NCBI GenBank assembly: GCA_024277445.1
Contig: JAJRVE010000177.1
Coordinates: 1 to 61,526, forward strand
From: Campylobacterales bacterium
Lineage (GTDB): Bacteria; Campylobacterota; Campylobacteria; Campylobacterales; Sulfurimonadaceae
Length of the DNA stretch: 61,526 nucleotides
Reading direction: 5' to 3'
Shown: positions 28,096 through 38,600 of the stretch, piece by piece
Numbering within the stretch: the stretch's first letter is position 1
How the letters are laid out: each line of letters begins with the position of its first letter
Notes under the pieces: generated by a model
What the model was told of the DNA's origin: nothing
The model's input: only the letters and a program-made list of their open reading frames with translations
Database searches by the model: none
Program-made: the position numbers and the translations under genes

Positions 28096-29277
28096 CTATT
28101 TTTTTAACTTCGCTTGTTCGAGTTCCCAATACTCCATCGCAAAGATGTCCGACTGTTTTAGGCTTGTCCATCCACCGAGTTGTTCTGCGATCAACATGGC
28201 TTTAATATTGTGTGTGACGATGTCTGCAATAACTTTGGCTTCTTTCTCATCTTTACCAAAGACAACCGCACCAAAATCACGGATAATGGCATAGCGTGGA
28301 GCAAGATCAAGACAGATGTGTTCGCTACTTGCATTTTCCTCAAAGTACTGTCTGTATTGGTCTATGAAACCTTGAAGGCTCATGTTGATGTCACCACCGA
28401 TAACGGCAGGAAAAGGCTTTATACGGATGACATGTTCGGGTGTGAGTTCTCCAGCCATCAAGATGTTTTCAAGGTGTGGCAAGAGAGAGAGCGTACAGGC
28501 TTCTGGCGTTTCAAGGACTACTGTTGTGATGGGACAGCCACGGAGTTTAGCCACTTCATCGCTTAAAGCATCAAGGTAATCTTGTTCTATGCTTACCTTA
28601 GTATCACAACGTGTTGGTAGAAGGGTGTTCTCGGCGATATACTCTTCTGCTTTAGTGACAAGGTCGATATGCTTTTCATAAGAGACTTTGGCGTCATCAT
28701 GAAAGGTAAAGAGTCCGTGGTTAAGTAGGATGATCCCCTCGAGCGTTGACCAGTCCACGCCTTGAGTTTTAGCGTAGATCTCTTTAGAGAGGATGAAGCC
28801 GGGCATAACGTAGTCAATGATCAGAACATTTTCACCGTACAACTCAGTAAGAATAGCTTTTCCGTTAGGTGTGTTAGAGATGGTGACGATGGCATCTGTA
28901 TGGGTATGGTCCACAAAGGAAAAAGGAACGATAGCGTGTAAGATAGCCTCAATGGAAGGGTTTGGCGCCTCAGGATTTCTAAGCGCTGCACGCTGTTCAG
29001 CAACCATCTGTGTGTCACTGAGCTCATCACGAGTTGCCATCTCTTGTAAAACGGCTAGATCCACAGGAGAGAAACCAGGCTCTTCTATGTCCACAAGGTT
29101 CCAGCCACTCCCTTTAACATAAAGGGTATCGCTATCTTTATACGAGGTGTTACCGCCACCATGGAGTACAAGGTCTTCGCTTTGACCAAGAAGTTGAGAG
29201 GTGTAAACACGCATCTGTAAAGGGGTGGTGAATGTTGCTGCTTTTGCATCATCAAATAGAGTTTTCATAAGGCTCAC
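28096..29277 (-). CDS. Class II aldolase/adducin family protein (RhaD-like, without the SDR domain)
   Basis: LVLHGGGNTS, VKGSG, PSIE..LH, HTH, NHGLFT and MEYWELEQAKL. Confidence 0.85.
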   Translation of the reverse strand: MSLMKTLFDDAKAATFTTPLQMRVYTSQLLGQSEDLVLHGGGNTSYKDSDTLYVKGSGWNLVDIEEPGFSPVDLAVLQEMATRDELSDTQMVAEQRAALRNPEAPNPSIEAILHAIVPFSFVDHTHTDAIVTISNTPNGKAILTELYGENVLIIDYVMPGFILSKEIYAKTQGVDWSTLEGIILLNHGLFTFHDDAKVSYEKHIDLVTKAEEYIAENTLLPTRCDTKVSIEQDYLDALSDEVAKLRGCPITTVVLETPEACTLSLLPHLENILMAGELTPEHVIRIKPFPAVIGGDINMSLQGFIDQYRQYFEENASSEHICLDLAPRYAIIRDFGAVVFGKDEKEAKVIADIVTHNIKAMLIAEQLGGWTSLKQSDIFAMEYWELEQAKLKK

Positions 29278-29367
29278 TTAGAGAATTTTTCTAGCTGTAT
29301 TGTAGCCATAAAACTATAATCATTTATGTTAATATACTGTTACTATTAAATATTCAAGGAATTTTCA

Positions 29368-29877
29368 ATGCCATTATTAGACAGCTTTACAGTAGACCAT
29401 ACTATTATGCCAGCGCCAGCAGTACGTCGTGCTAAAGGGATGAAGACGCCAAGTGGTGACAAGCTTACAGTTTTTGACCTTCGTTTTTACAAGCCAAACA
29501 AGGCGAAGATGACAACAGAGGGAGCACACACATTAGAGCACCTTTTTGCAGGTTTTATGCGTGATCACCTTAACTCTGAGAGTGTTGAGATCATCGACCT
29601 TTCCCCAATGGGTTGCCAGACGGGCTTTTACATGAGTCTTATTGGTGAGCCTGAAGAGGGAACTGTTGCTAAAGCCTGGGAAGCGTCGATGAAAGATGTC
29701 TTAGAGGTTAAAAGCCAAGATGATATCCCTGAACTTAATGTTTATCAGTGTGGAACATACAAGATGCACTCTCTTCCAGATGCAAAACAGATCGCTACCG
29801 ACATCTTAAACGAAGGCATTGGCATCATGGATAATGACGCACTTGCACTTGACCTTGCAAAGGTAGGGCAGGCGTAG
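29368..29877 (+). CDS. luxS: S-ribosylhomocysteine lyase
   Basis: [26 protein letters not shown] and QCG. Confidence 0.97.
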   Translation: MPLLDSFTVDHTIMPAPAVRRAKGMKTPSGDKLTVFDLRFYKPNKAKMTTEGAHTLEHLFAGFMRDHLNSESVEIIDLSPMGCQTGFYMSLIGEPEEGTVAKAWEASMKDVLEVKSQDDIPELNVYQCGTYKMHSLPDAKQIATDILNEGIGIMDNDALALDLAKVGQA

Positions 29878-29879
29878 TC

Positions 29880-30182
29880 ATGTTGATTCTTTTACCAATG
29901 GACAGCGATGATACACAAGAGGGAAGATTAGTCCCTGTTATGGAAGCTAAAAAGTGGGCCGTTTTAAGTGTTGAAGAGGGTCAAATCGTTGAGATTAACT
30001 ACTATGACACCAAAGAAGAGATCAACGACTGGATCGAAGTGGTTGTTGTTACGGGCGATTATGAGCCGGTGCAAGACTTCATGGAAAAACAGATCATGGT
30101 GCTTGTGGCACATACCCAACGCTCTATTGATGATATCTTTGAATCGTTCTTATTTAAAGAACTTCACGACATGCCATACTAG
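29880..30182 (+). CDS. Hypothetical protein (possible NifX-like fold)
   Basis: 100-aa ORF coupled to luxS; fold is a guess. Confidence 0.65.
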   Translation: MLILLPMDSDDTQEGRLVPVMEAKKWAVLSVEEGQIVEINYYDTKEEINDWIEVVVVTGDYEPVQDFMEKQIMVLVAHTQRSIDDIFESFLFKELHDMPY

Positions 30183-30199
30183 GCACTCTTGAGTCAACT

Positions 30200-30694
30200 A
30201 TGCAGTCATACGAACAGTTTTTAGAGCTCATTCAGCCTCAACCAGGATTTAAAGTCTTGGATGTCACTGCACATGCTGACGCACTTACAGAAGCAGTCAT
30301 AGCGCATCTAAAACCTTTTAGACAACATCGTATGGCACTTGCACTTTATCCGGGTGAACATCAAGAATTTGAAACGAGTGAAGAGCTTAAGATCCAAGAA
30401 GTCCCCAACTATAACCTTCCCTTTCGAGCACTTCCAAGAGACAACGACATTGTCATCATCCGTGATGTCTTTCATAAACATACTCAAGCAGAACGCATCT
30501 TGAAGTCTATCTATACCACCTTGGCAAATACAGGTGACATTATCATTGTCACAAAGAGTGAAGAGGCTAACGTGCAGGAGCAGTTGGATATTTTAGAACG
30601 CTTAGAATTTCGCTCCGCTAACAGCATAGACATCTTAGATGGCTACACCTTGGTGGTGGCAAAAAAGATGCACATGTGGGGTAATGGGCTTTAG
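30200..30694 (+). CDS. Hypothetical protein (degenerate SAM-methyltransferase-like)
   Basis: QPGFKVLDV and a C-terminal KKMHMWGNGL. Confidence 0.65.
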   Translation: MQSYEQFLELIQPQPGFKVLDVTAHADALTEAVIAHLKPFRQHRMALALYPGEHQEFETSEELKIQEVPNYNLPFRALPRDNDIVIIRDVFHKHTQAERILKSIYTTLANTGDIIIVTKSEEANVQEQLDILERLEFRSANSIDILDGYTLVVAKKMHMWGNGL

Positions 30695-31437
30695 TTGTAG
30701 AGTTGTTTGATCTTCTTTTGGATGTTATAACCCTCAAACAGACGTATTAAGAAGGTAATCCCTCTGACAATATAAGGTGGATTGATCACTTTGTCTGCAT
30801 AGTAAATACCTATCTCATCCATCTTTTGACGATGGACAACTCTCTTTTCTTCTGACATCTCAAAAAGTAGACAGGCATTTTCCCAAGCTGCTTCTCTTGC
30901 TTTGAACATGCTAAAGTCAATGACTGCTTCGTCTGTTCTTCCTGCAATAGCGTCAAGGAGTTTCATTACCGGCCAGATCTTGGCCAGTTTGTCTTGGACA
31001 GCGTCGACCTGTTCGCTTAAAATCGTGTTGACTTTCATGAAATCATTTTTTAACGACGTTATCTCATCGGGAGCTGATGCGACTACCGCTTGTGCAAGGT
31101 CATAGTTGATGTGCGCATTCATACCTGCGAGAATATGTTGTAAGATAGTCGGTCTGAACATTGTACTGCTCTCAAAGGAAAACTGCCAACAGGGTGTAAT
31201 GGGTTTGTTGTTGAGGTAGCCTTGGTAGGCATCAAAGTAAAGGTTGGCGAAGATGACATCTAGCTTCTCCATACGTGCATTGTCCTCAAAACGTTTTTCA
31301 ATGATTGCATCACGAACAGCGACAGTTACATCATGATAGAGAATAGTAAAGTACGCCATTGTTGAAGCTCTAGCCTGTTCGTCTGCGATGATCTGTTTCA
31401 GAAGTATGATGACCTCTTCGATATTATTGGCGTGCAT
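30691..31437 (-). CDS. DUF5995-like protein
   Basis: F...Y..VT..V, LDVIFANLYF, GMNAHINYDL and DF.KVN.IL pattern. Confidence 0.7.
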   Translation of the reverse strand: MHANNIEEVIILLKQIIADEQARASTMAYFTILYHDVTVAVRDAIIEKRFEDNARMEKLDVIFANLYFDAYQGYLNNKPITPCWQFSFESSTMFRPTILQHILAGMNAHINYDLAQAVVASAPDEITSLKNDFMKVNTILSEQVDAVQDKLAKIWPVMKLLDAIAGRTDEAVIDFSMFKAREAAWENACLLFEMSEEKRVVHRQKMDEIGIYYADKVINPPYIVRGITFLIRLFEGYNIQKKIKQLYN

Positions 31438-32530
31438 ATGATTCTCCTAGCGTGATGATAAAACTACATCCATCATTTAGGTTTTTTGCAATGATATTTC
31501 CATCAAGATGTTTGTCAACGATCGTTTTGACAATGTAAAGGCCCAGCCCAGTACCATTTTTATCTTTAGTAGAGAAGTAGGGCTCAAAGATACGTGGTAG
31601 TACTTTTTCATCTATAGGGTCCCCATTGTTGGTGACACTAAGGTAAATAGGCTGATTATCATCTTTTTGCTTGAGGGAGATGGTGAGGGTGGGGTTCTCT
31701 ACTTTACTTGTGGCTAAAGCATCGATGGCGTTGTTGATGATGTTGATGAGTACCTGTAGAAGTTCATTAGGGTAGATGTCGATAGGCTCTAGGATGTCGA
31801 GTTCGGTAATGACGTTGACATTTTTGAGACGAAAATCGATCAGCTTAATGGCCTCATAGATAATCTGCGAAAGATCGCTGCTCTGTTTGACTTTGTCCGA
31901 TTTGAAGAAGTCATTAAAGTCAGTGATGGTTTGTGAGAGGTGTGAGATGATCTGCTCAAACTTCAGGAGTTCATCTTCTATGGACGCCTCTTTTAGTGAA
32001 CCCAGTTTAAGGTCCAACATGAGGTTGGCAGAGATGGCGGACATGGTAGAGAGTGGTTGTCGCCATTGATGAGCAATCATGCTGATCATCTCTCCCATGA
32101 GCGCGTGTCTTGACTGTGAAAGTAGTTGGCGTTGCTGTTCTTCAAAGAGCTTTTTAGAGGTGATGTCTTGTGAAACGGCGATGTAACCTACATGTTTACC
32201 TGCAGTATCAATCTCTTGGATGATCTTGGTCAGTAACCAGTAGGATTCACCACTGCTGTTGGGAAGTTCAAGTTCACCCTCAAAGAGACCATGCTTTTCC
32301 AATATACTCCAGACAGGAGCTTCCGGATGGCTCGGTGAGTAGAGCTGTTTATCTATGCTTTGACCAATAAGATCACTTGTCGGAAAACCAAAGGATTTGG
32401 TATAGGCGTCAGTAACATGCGTGATCTCGGCGTCAAGTGAAAAGTGCATGATAATGATATGTTCTGAGATCAAACCAACATAGTTTTCTAAGTTAGCGGT
32501 TTGCTGTTGGAGTAGCTCGATTTCAGACAT
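31424..32530 (-). CDS. Cytoplasmic PAS sensor histidine kinase
   Basis: PAS/PAC domain; IAHQWRQPL H-box; N-box; GTGLGLY. Confidence 0.9.
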   Translation of the reverse strand: MSEIELLQQQTANLENYVGLISEHIIIMHFSLDAEITHVTDAYTKSFGFPTSDLIGQSIDKQLYSPSHPEAPVWSILEKHGLFEGELELPNSSGESYWLLTKIIQEIDTAGKHVGYIAVSQDITSKKLFEEQQRQLLSQSRHALMGEMISMIAHQWRQPLSTMSAISANLMLDLKLGSLKEASIEDELLKFEQIISHLSQTITDFNDFFKSDKVKQSSDLSQIIYEAIKLIDFRLKNVNVITELDILEPIDIYPNELLQVLINIINNAIDALATSKVENPTLTISLKQKDDNQPIYLSVTNNGDPIDEKVLPRIFEPYFSTKDKNGTGLGLYIVKTIVDKHLDGNIIAKNLNDGCSFIITLGESYARQ

Positions 32531-32775
32531 AATGCACTACTCCTTAGTATAGATGCGATTATTATAGGTGTAATAGATTGAAATACACATTACAAAGGAT
32601 GAAAAATGACATTTAACACAAGTAAACATACCTTAATTGAGAGTGAAGATGAAAGTTGATGGCTTTTCATGTTTTTATTGTGTATTAATTAGTCAGCCCT
32701 GAAAAACCTGATCTGGCTACACTTTATAGGACACAGGAATGGTAGAATTTCTATAGGAAGTAAAAAGGACAGAAG

Positions 32776-32905
32776 ATGGCCGGAAAAGGGTAGAGCATAT
32801 ACACAGGAGTTTAGAGACTCAGCAATACAACTTGCACTAAACAGTGAGAAGTCAGTGTTGAAGACAGCAGCAGATTTAGGTGTTCATGAGAAGACACTTT
32901 ATGGG
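32776..32905 (+). pseudogene. IS3 orfA fragment (frameshifted and truncated)
   Basis: Reads ..RAYTQEFRDSAIQLALNSEKSVLKTAADLGVHEKTLYG, out of frame with the ATG at 32776. Confidence 0.8.
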
Positions 32906-32986
32906 TTGTTCGGTCTAAAATATAGTGAAATAGTGCTTTTAAAGGCCTAAATATAGGGACTTGTTTTTGTTTTTCAGGGCTGACTA
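32904..32986 (-). mobile_element. Second IS5-family end inserted in IS3 orfB
   Basis: Homologous to 33758-33839 (GGTTGTTCGGTC..TAGGGA.TTGTTT..TTTCAGGGCTGACTA). Confidence 0.75.
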
Positions 32987-33455
32987 TATACCAACTTCTG
33001 AAGGATGGTTATATCTAGCGGTAGTGATTGATCTGTATTCACGTAAGGTTGTTGGTTGGTCAATAGCAGAACATATGACGACACCCTTAGTCAATGATGC
33101 CCTTTTCATGGCGTTGAAAACACGCAGTGTTCAAGAACAGCTTATCTGGCATACTGATAGAGGAAGCCAATACGCATCTGATTCACATCGTGAATTGTTA
33201 GCAGAATATGGAATATTGCAGAGCATGAGCAGAAGAGGAAATGGTTATGATAATGCAGTAGCAGAAAGTTTCTTCCATTCGCTAAAGACAGAGCTAACCC
33301 ACCATATGAAATTTGAAACAAGGCGTCAAGCACACCAGTCTATATTTGAATACATTGAAGTATTTTACAATCGTCAGAGGTTGCACTCATTCAGCAACTA
33401 TATGTCACCTGTTGACTTTGAAAACCTGTTGTTACTGAATGAAATGAGGGCTTAG
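32985..33455 (+). pseudogene. IS3 orfB integrase-core C-terminal fragment
   Basis: [42 protein letters not shown] and YNRQRLHS. The N-terminus and first catalytic Asp are missing. Confidence 0.9.
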
Positions 33456-33493
33456 GATATTTTAAAAGTGTCCTGTTTAGTGTTGACAGATCA

Positions 33494-33690
33494 CTTCATC
33501 ACTGAGGTCTTTAATCTGTTTTAGTATCAGGAGTCCGACCATTAAGCGTATAGGGTAGATTTTTTTTATCAGAGTAATAAAGCTCTAATTCTTTATGGAA
33601 ATAGTTCCATGATATGGTGTTGCCCGTACTATATGAGCATCTCTTGAATCAAGTATATCTTCATAGTAAGTTTTACAAAGGTTTGGCTGA
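33494..33690 (-). pseudogene. IS5-family transposase N-terminal fragment
   Basis: Frameshifted pieces TISWNYFHKELELYYSD and PIRLMVGLLILKQIKDLSDE (InsH-N/DUF772-like). Confidence 0.75.
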
Positions 33691-33840
33691 TTGCTTGTAG
33701 AAGGTTCTTGAAGTAATTTCTTGGTCTGTTTCGACCAGAAACATGTCTGGTTTGATAGGTTGTTCGGTCGAAATTATAGCTTTAAATGGCTTTTAAAGCC
33801 CTGTGAATAGGGAGTTGTTTAGTCTTTCAGGGCTGACTAC

Positions 33841-36800
33841 TTATAGTGCTTCTGTTGAGAACTTGTCGTTCTTTAGTAGTGTCAATTTTACCATATGATA
33901 ACGCAATAGTTGTAGATCGGCTACATTTAAGACGACATGTGTGAAGTCACGGCGGTCCATAGGACGAATCGTCTGTATATCTTGAACAAAGAGAATAGAG
34001 AGAATATTATGCTCTTTTAACTTTTTGGAGAGTTTACTATTTTCAAGATGTGAAGCAGATCTGTCGAGCAGTGCATATCGATACTGCTTGGTATCTAGTA
34101 CATCTTCAAAATCTTCTAAAGAGTTAGCAATATCTACACTATAACCGATTTTTTTCAATATAGCGGCAAAAATCTTTGCCTCACTTTGGGATTTTTTATA
34201 GAGAATGATGTCAATTTCAAGTTTACGAGACGCTTCGATGATCTCTTCTTCAGGCTTAAGCAATAATTCTTCTATTGTTTCTTTAGCTGGCGCTAGTTCT
34301 GGTGTTGCTAGAGTTTCTTCAGGTATATGGACTTTGTTATTGAAGTAGTATTTTAAGACACTGATGATCACTTTGAGTTCCATAGGTTTGGAGACATACT
34401 GATCAAGTCCCTGACTTAGGAAGTACTCTTTATCACCTTTAAGAGCATTGGCTGTCAAGGCTATGATCGGAATATGCTTAAGGTTATACTCTTTTTCATA
34501 AGTCACGATGGCTTTAGTTGCCTCTATGCCATCCATAATTGGCATCTGGATATCCATGAAAATAACATCAAAGTTATTTTTCTGCTGGCGTTTTTCATAG
34601 GCAATGGCCCCATTGTCCGCAAGTGTGACTTCTATTCCGATGTTTTCAAGACTACGTTTGATCAGTTTTTGGTTAATGACATTATCTTCAGCCACAAGTG
34701 CATGCAAGTCTTTAAACTGTGTTAAATCATCTTTTATCTCTGCTTTCATTTCTTCGTTGCTAAGTGTTGCAATAATCTTTTTGATTTTAGAGAAATTAAT
34801 CGGTGCATAAAGAATCTTGTTAAGAGAAAGTTCCAGCGTGTCAAGGTGATTCTTTTCGCGAAGTGTAGTAATCAAGACAATTTTTGATTTCAAAGTTATT
34901 AATCGTTTGAGTATATCGTCATTAATATGGGCATAGTTGACAAAAAGAAGATCAGGTTGTTGATCTTGTTGTAGCTCAAGGAGTATCTCTACGTTGTCAT
35001 ATTCATAATTAAGTTTATTGATACTCGCAATATAGGTCGATGTGTAATTGTCAGAAGGAGCATGCGTAGCCTCTTTTGGTAGAAGATGCCCAACATTGAG
35101 TACTTCATAATGCTTATGCATTTCAAGGGATGGCATCTCTTCAAAACTGAGTGTAAAGAAGAATGTTGTGCCTTTACCTTCTTCACTTTCAAGGTCAAGT
35201 TTACCACCCATAAGCTCAACGAGCGTACGTGATATGGTAAGTCCAAGACCTGTACCACCAAACTTACGATTGGTACTTGTATCAGCTTGCGAGAAGGCTT
35301 CAAAGATCTTGGATTTTTGTGCAGGAGTGATACCAATACCTGAATCTTTGACTGCAAATCTAACTGTGATGTTGTTGTCTTTAGATGCCACTTTTTCGAT
35401 TATAACATCAATCTCTCCACCTTCTGGTGTAAACTTGACAGCATTGCTGATAAGATTAACAACAACCTGTTTTATACGCGTCGGATCACCAAGTAGGTCA
35501 TTGTCAAGATCAGGATCAATGTAAAGCCCGAGAGTGATATTTTTTTCAGCAGCTTTGGCACCATAAGACTCTATGCCACTTTCAAACTCTTCAATAGGAT
35601 CAAACGCGGTCATCTCGATCTCGATCTTATTGTTTTCGATTTTTGAGAGATCAAGTATATCATTGATAACAGACAAAAGATTTTCCGAGCTTTTTTCGAT
35701 GATCTCAATAAATTCTTGCTGTTCACTGTCAAGTTCAGTTGTTTTAAGTAGCCCGGTAAAGCCTACAATGCCATTAAGTGGAGTACGAATCTCATGTGAC
35801 ATATTGGCCAAGAATTTACTTTTTGTAGCGTTAGCTTCATCGGCTAGACGTTTACTCTCTTTGGACTCAAGGATAGTTCGTGCGAGAAACTGATAAATTT
35901 CTGCCTTATCTTCTCTGTAAAGCATCTCTCTAAGTTGTTCCTCAATCTCTTCAGAACCCTCTTGTTCAATGGTCTTTAGAGCATCTTGGAGGTGTCTCGT
36001 ATCTTGAGCCATTTTTGCAAAGATGGTGTGCATTACCCATGTGAGAACAAGGATAATGAACATAATTAGTGCAGCGATAGAGATAACCTTCTTCTCCTGC
36101 TGCACCTGTGTTTCAAAAGAACTTTTAATGTGAAGTCCAAGAAGATCAATAGCCTGATTAAGGGTAGAAATCTTGCTATTGATTAGTTTATGCCACTCTT
36201 GTAAATCAACATCAAATCTTCCTTGTTCGCACCCAATAATAATCTTGAGTCGGTCAGTATTGATTGCTTTAGTTCTGTTTTGGTAGAGTGAAGTATTAAA
36301 GAGCGTATCAAGTTCGTTGCGGATCGCTTTTTGAGAGATTTTTGTGTAGTCCGATGTGGTATCTTTTCCAATAAGAGGGTCCCAAAGTGCCAACTCCTCT
36401 GCAGATATAGGTTTGGCACGGGCCATGAAATAAAACGTGATACCACGCTCAGAAGCGATGGCTTCTTTATGTGTGGTAAATAACTTTAAGGTGTCAAGCA
36501 GTCCACGATTATCTGTATGGAGATAATCAATTTTGTTGTTTTCTATCTCTTTTAAGATAAGATTTCCTAGATTACTTTTTGACGTAAAGTAGAGTTTTCT
36601 GTAGTCAGTATTAAGAAGAGTAACCTTTGCTCTATTTTTTTCTTGGGTCTTAAGTGCATCCATAATTTGTTGCGCATCTTTTTTATACTGAGGATGTGAT
36701 GAGAGGAAGATAAAGAGTGCTGCTTTTTTCTTTTCACTCTCTTGCCAGACCTGGTTGAGCGGGTTAAAATCAGTATGACCATGGCTACCGAGGTAAACTC

Positions 36801-36996
36801 CTGTGGCACTTCTCTCTTCATCATAGCTGCGAAGTAAATCTTCTAGGAGAGTGATATAGTGCATCTGCTCTTTTGCAGTATCAATACGTTCATAACTTTT
36901 ATACGCATCGACAAAATAGTATCCTGCGATTGCAAAGAAAGTAATAAGCGGTACTAAGATAACGGTTTCAGTAATTTTATTATTCCATAGTTTCAT
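33841..36996 (-). CDS. Hybrid sensor histidine kinase with a periplasmic NIT (nitrate/nitrite-sensing) domain, receiver and pseudo-receivers
   Basis: Two TM helices; EERSATGVYLGS and KEAIASERG (NIT-like); FLANMSHEIRTP; FMDIQMP receiver. Confidence 0.88.
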   Translation of the reverse strand: MKLWNNKITETVILVPLITFFAIAGYYFVDAYKSYERIDTAKEQMHYITLLEDLLRSYDEERSATGVYLGSHGHTDFNPLNQVWQESEKKKAALFIFLSSHPQYKKDAQQIMDALKTQEKNRAKVTLLNTDYRKLYFTSKSNLGNLILKEIENNKIDYLHTDNRGLLDTLKLFTTHKEAIASERGITFYFMARAKPISAEELALWDPLIGKDTTSDYTKISQKAIRNELDTLFNTSLYQNRTKAINTDRLKIIIGCEQGRFDVDLQEWHKLINSKISTLNQAIDLLGLHIKSSFETQVQQEKKVISIAALIMFIILVLTWVMHTIFAKMAQDTRHLQDALKTIEQEGSEEIEEQLREMLYREDKAEIYQFLARTILESKESKRLADEANATKSKFLANMSHEIRTPLNGIVGFTGLLKTTELDSEQQEFIEIIEKSSENLLSVINDILDLSKIENNKIEIEMTAFDPIEEFESGIESYGAKAAEKNITLGLYIDPDLDNDLLGDPTRIKQVVVNLISNAVKFTPEGGEIDVIIEKVASKDNNITVRFAVKDSGIGITPAQKSKIFEAFSQADTSTNRKFGGTGLGLTISRTLVELMGGKLDLESEEGKGTTFFFTLSFEEMPSLEMHKHYEVLNVGHLLPKEATHAPSDNYTSTYIASINKLNYEYDNVEILLELQQDQQPDLLFVNYAHINDDILKRLITLKSKIVLITTLREKNHLDTLELSLNKILYAPINFSKIKKIIATLSNEEMKAEIKDDLTQFKDLHALVAEDNVINQKLIKRSLENIGIEVTLADNGAIAYEKRQQKNNFDVIFMDIQMPIMDGIEATKAIVTYEKEYNLKHIPIIALTANALKGDKEYFLSQGLDQYVSKPMELKVIISVLKYYFNNKVHIPEETLATPELAPAKETIEELLLKPEEEIIEASRKLEIDIILYKKSQSEAKIFAAILKKIGYSVDIANSLEDFEDVLDTKQYRYALLDRSASHLENSKLSKKLKEHNILSILFVQDIQTIRPMDRRDFTHVVLNVADLQLLRYHMVKLTLLKNDKFSTEAL

Positions 36997-37012
36997 AAAG
37001 TGCTTCCTCTCT

Positions 37013-37786
37013 TTACAGGTTTTGAGTGTGATAGTATTCTATCTCAAGTAATGTCTTTTCAAGATAATCGGCTGAAATATAGAGAATATTTGTGAGTCTG
37101 CTATGGTCAAAATTAAGATAGAGTTTTCGAGATATTGGCCAATAGGTATTGAGTTTCTTAACGGCTGTAGCACTCTGGCCACTGTATTCATAACTGTTTA
37201 ATTCCTGCATAGCTGTATCGAAGGCATTGATTGCCTCTTGTATCTGCTGAATATTATTTAAGTCCTTAATGCCAAACTGGAATGTCATGTAATATTTTGT
37301 GATACGCTCAATAAGGTAGCGCATCTTTTTAACATTAATAAGCATCTGCTCCTGTGTTGAAGCATCATAGCTATACTCATGACCTATAGACTCAGCACCT
37401 TCGAGTAGTGCTTCGCTGTAATCAAGGATTAAGGCAGCATTGTCAATATTGTAAGGTTCATTGATCGTCTCTATGATCTGATCACGACTGTAAGCAAGAA
37501 AGCTAAGGATATCTTTGGTATCGGTACTGTTAGTGACAGTTGCAATTGCACGTAGTTTCTCATCGAGTCGAGAAACGCCATCTTCAAGATACTTATGTAC
37601 CTCTTGTTTCCCTTCGTGTTGTGCCAAATAAAAGTAGTCTTTGACGATCTGCTGACTGATAAACCTGATGTCTTCTGATGCTTCTAACAATGTCACATCA
37701 CTACGTGTTGCAGCTGATAGTGGCATGTACATTAACAAGAGAGTAAGAAAAAATCCTCTAGTACTAAATTGTTTTAATGGCTTCAT
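37013..37786 (-). CDS. Periplasmic tandem NarX/PilJ-like domain protein, degenerate P-box
   Basis: Signal peptide; SEDIRFISQQIVKDY and VKKMRYLIERITKYY align to the GRQRMLSQR boxes of its paralogs. Confidence 0.7.
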   Translation of the reverse strand: MKPLKQFSTRGFFLTLLLMYMPLSAATRSDVTLLEASEDIRFISQQIVKDYFYLAQHEGKQEVHKYLEDGVSRLDEKLRAIATVTNSTDTKDILSFLAYSRDQIIETINEPYNIDNAALILDYSEALLEGAESIGHEYSYDASTQEQMLINVKKMRYLIERITKYYMTFQFGIKDLNNIQQIQEAINAFDTAMQELNSYEYSGQSATAVKKLNTYWPISRKLYLNFDHSRLTNILYISADYLEKTLLEIEYYHTQNL

Positions 37787-37806
37787 TGCTCTCTCCTTTG
37801 GATGAC

Positions 37807-38589
37807 CTATTTTTTAAGGCTTACATACATCTGCGTGACTTTATTCATTTTTTTCATTATGTCGTCAGTGGTGTTGAAAACGATGATAGGTAAGCCACCT
37901 TTTTCAATGTTAAGATAAAATTTATAGACGATCTTCCAGAGTCTGTCTACTTTTTTCAACTCTTTATTGATAGCAGGTGTGTTGGACTTGTTTGCCATGA
38001 GTTTTTTGTGCGAATCATTAAAGAGTTTGACTGCTTCTTGCATCTGTACAATACTATTTTTATCTTTGATTCCCGCTTGATAAGAGATGTAGTACTTGGC
38101 TATACGTTGGGATAGCATACGCTGTCTACCTGCAATATCAACAATACTTGAATTGCTCTTCTTAAGTTCATTTTTCAAAGCATCGACAATATATTGGCTT
38201 CCCTCAAGCATAGATTCACTGAGGTCTAGAACTAATGCGCCGTTATCCATACTATAGGTTTCTTGAGCAAGGGTGGTAAACTCATCACTACTCATGTTAA
38301 CAAACATGATCATATTTTGGATTTCGTCATCTTTAATAGACAGCGAAAGCACTTTTTGTGCCTTATTGAAAGCTTGAAGAGCACTTTTCATCTGTTTAGT
38401 TGCCTTGGAAGTGTTAACTTTCTGTCCAACATAAAAATAGTCTTTTGCAATTCGTTGTGAAAGCATACGCTGTTTTCCAGCAAGGTTAAGTAATTCGAGT
38501 TTGGTATAGCTCTTTGCTGAGAGTGGTATTGTACTCATCAATAGTACGATAGTCGCGAATAGAATAACTTTTTTAAACAAGTTTTGCAT
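37807..38589 (-). CDS. Periplasmic tandem NarX/PilJ-like domain protein
   Basis: Signal peptide; NLAGKQRMLSQR and DIAGRQRMLSQR. Confidence 0.85.
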   Translation of the reverse strand: MQNLFKKVILFATIVLLMSTIPLSAKSYTKLELLNLAGKQRMLSQRIAKDYFYVGQKVNTSKATKQMKSALQAFNKAQKVLSLSIKDDEIQNMIMFVNMSSDEFTTLAQETYSMDNGALVLDLSESMLEGSQYIVDALKNELKKSNSSIVDIAGRQRMLSQRIAKYYISYQAGIKDKNSIVQMQEAVKLFNDSHKKLMANKSNTPAINKELKKVDRLWKIVYKFYLNIEKGGLPIIVFNTTDDIMKKMNKVTQMYVSLKK

Positions 38590-38600
38590 GATGTTTCCTT

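Larger units (their letters stand above)
32709..33493 (+). mobile_element. Internally deleted IS3-family element
   Basis: 26-bp imperfect TG..CA terminal IRs (32709-34 / 33468-93); orfA HTH remnant and orfB DDE C-terminal part. Confidence 0.88.
32690..33839 (-). mobile_element. Degraded IS5-family element (outer)
   Basis: Ends TAGTCAGCCCTGAAA (32690) / TTTCAGGGCTGACTA (33825-39); minus-strand transposase N-terminal remnant at ~33494-33690. Confidence 0.75.

Noticed and set aside
28096-29877. Aldolase divergent from luxS as an AI-2 catabolic module
   Set aside because: The protein is class II RhaD-like rather than LsrF-like and no lsr genes are present; adjacency alone is insufficient.
32961-33455. 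Intact 164-aa transposase
   Set aside because: The first residues come from an IS5 end fused to a truncated IS3 orfB; it is a chimeric pseudogene.
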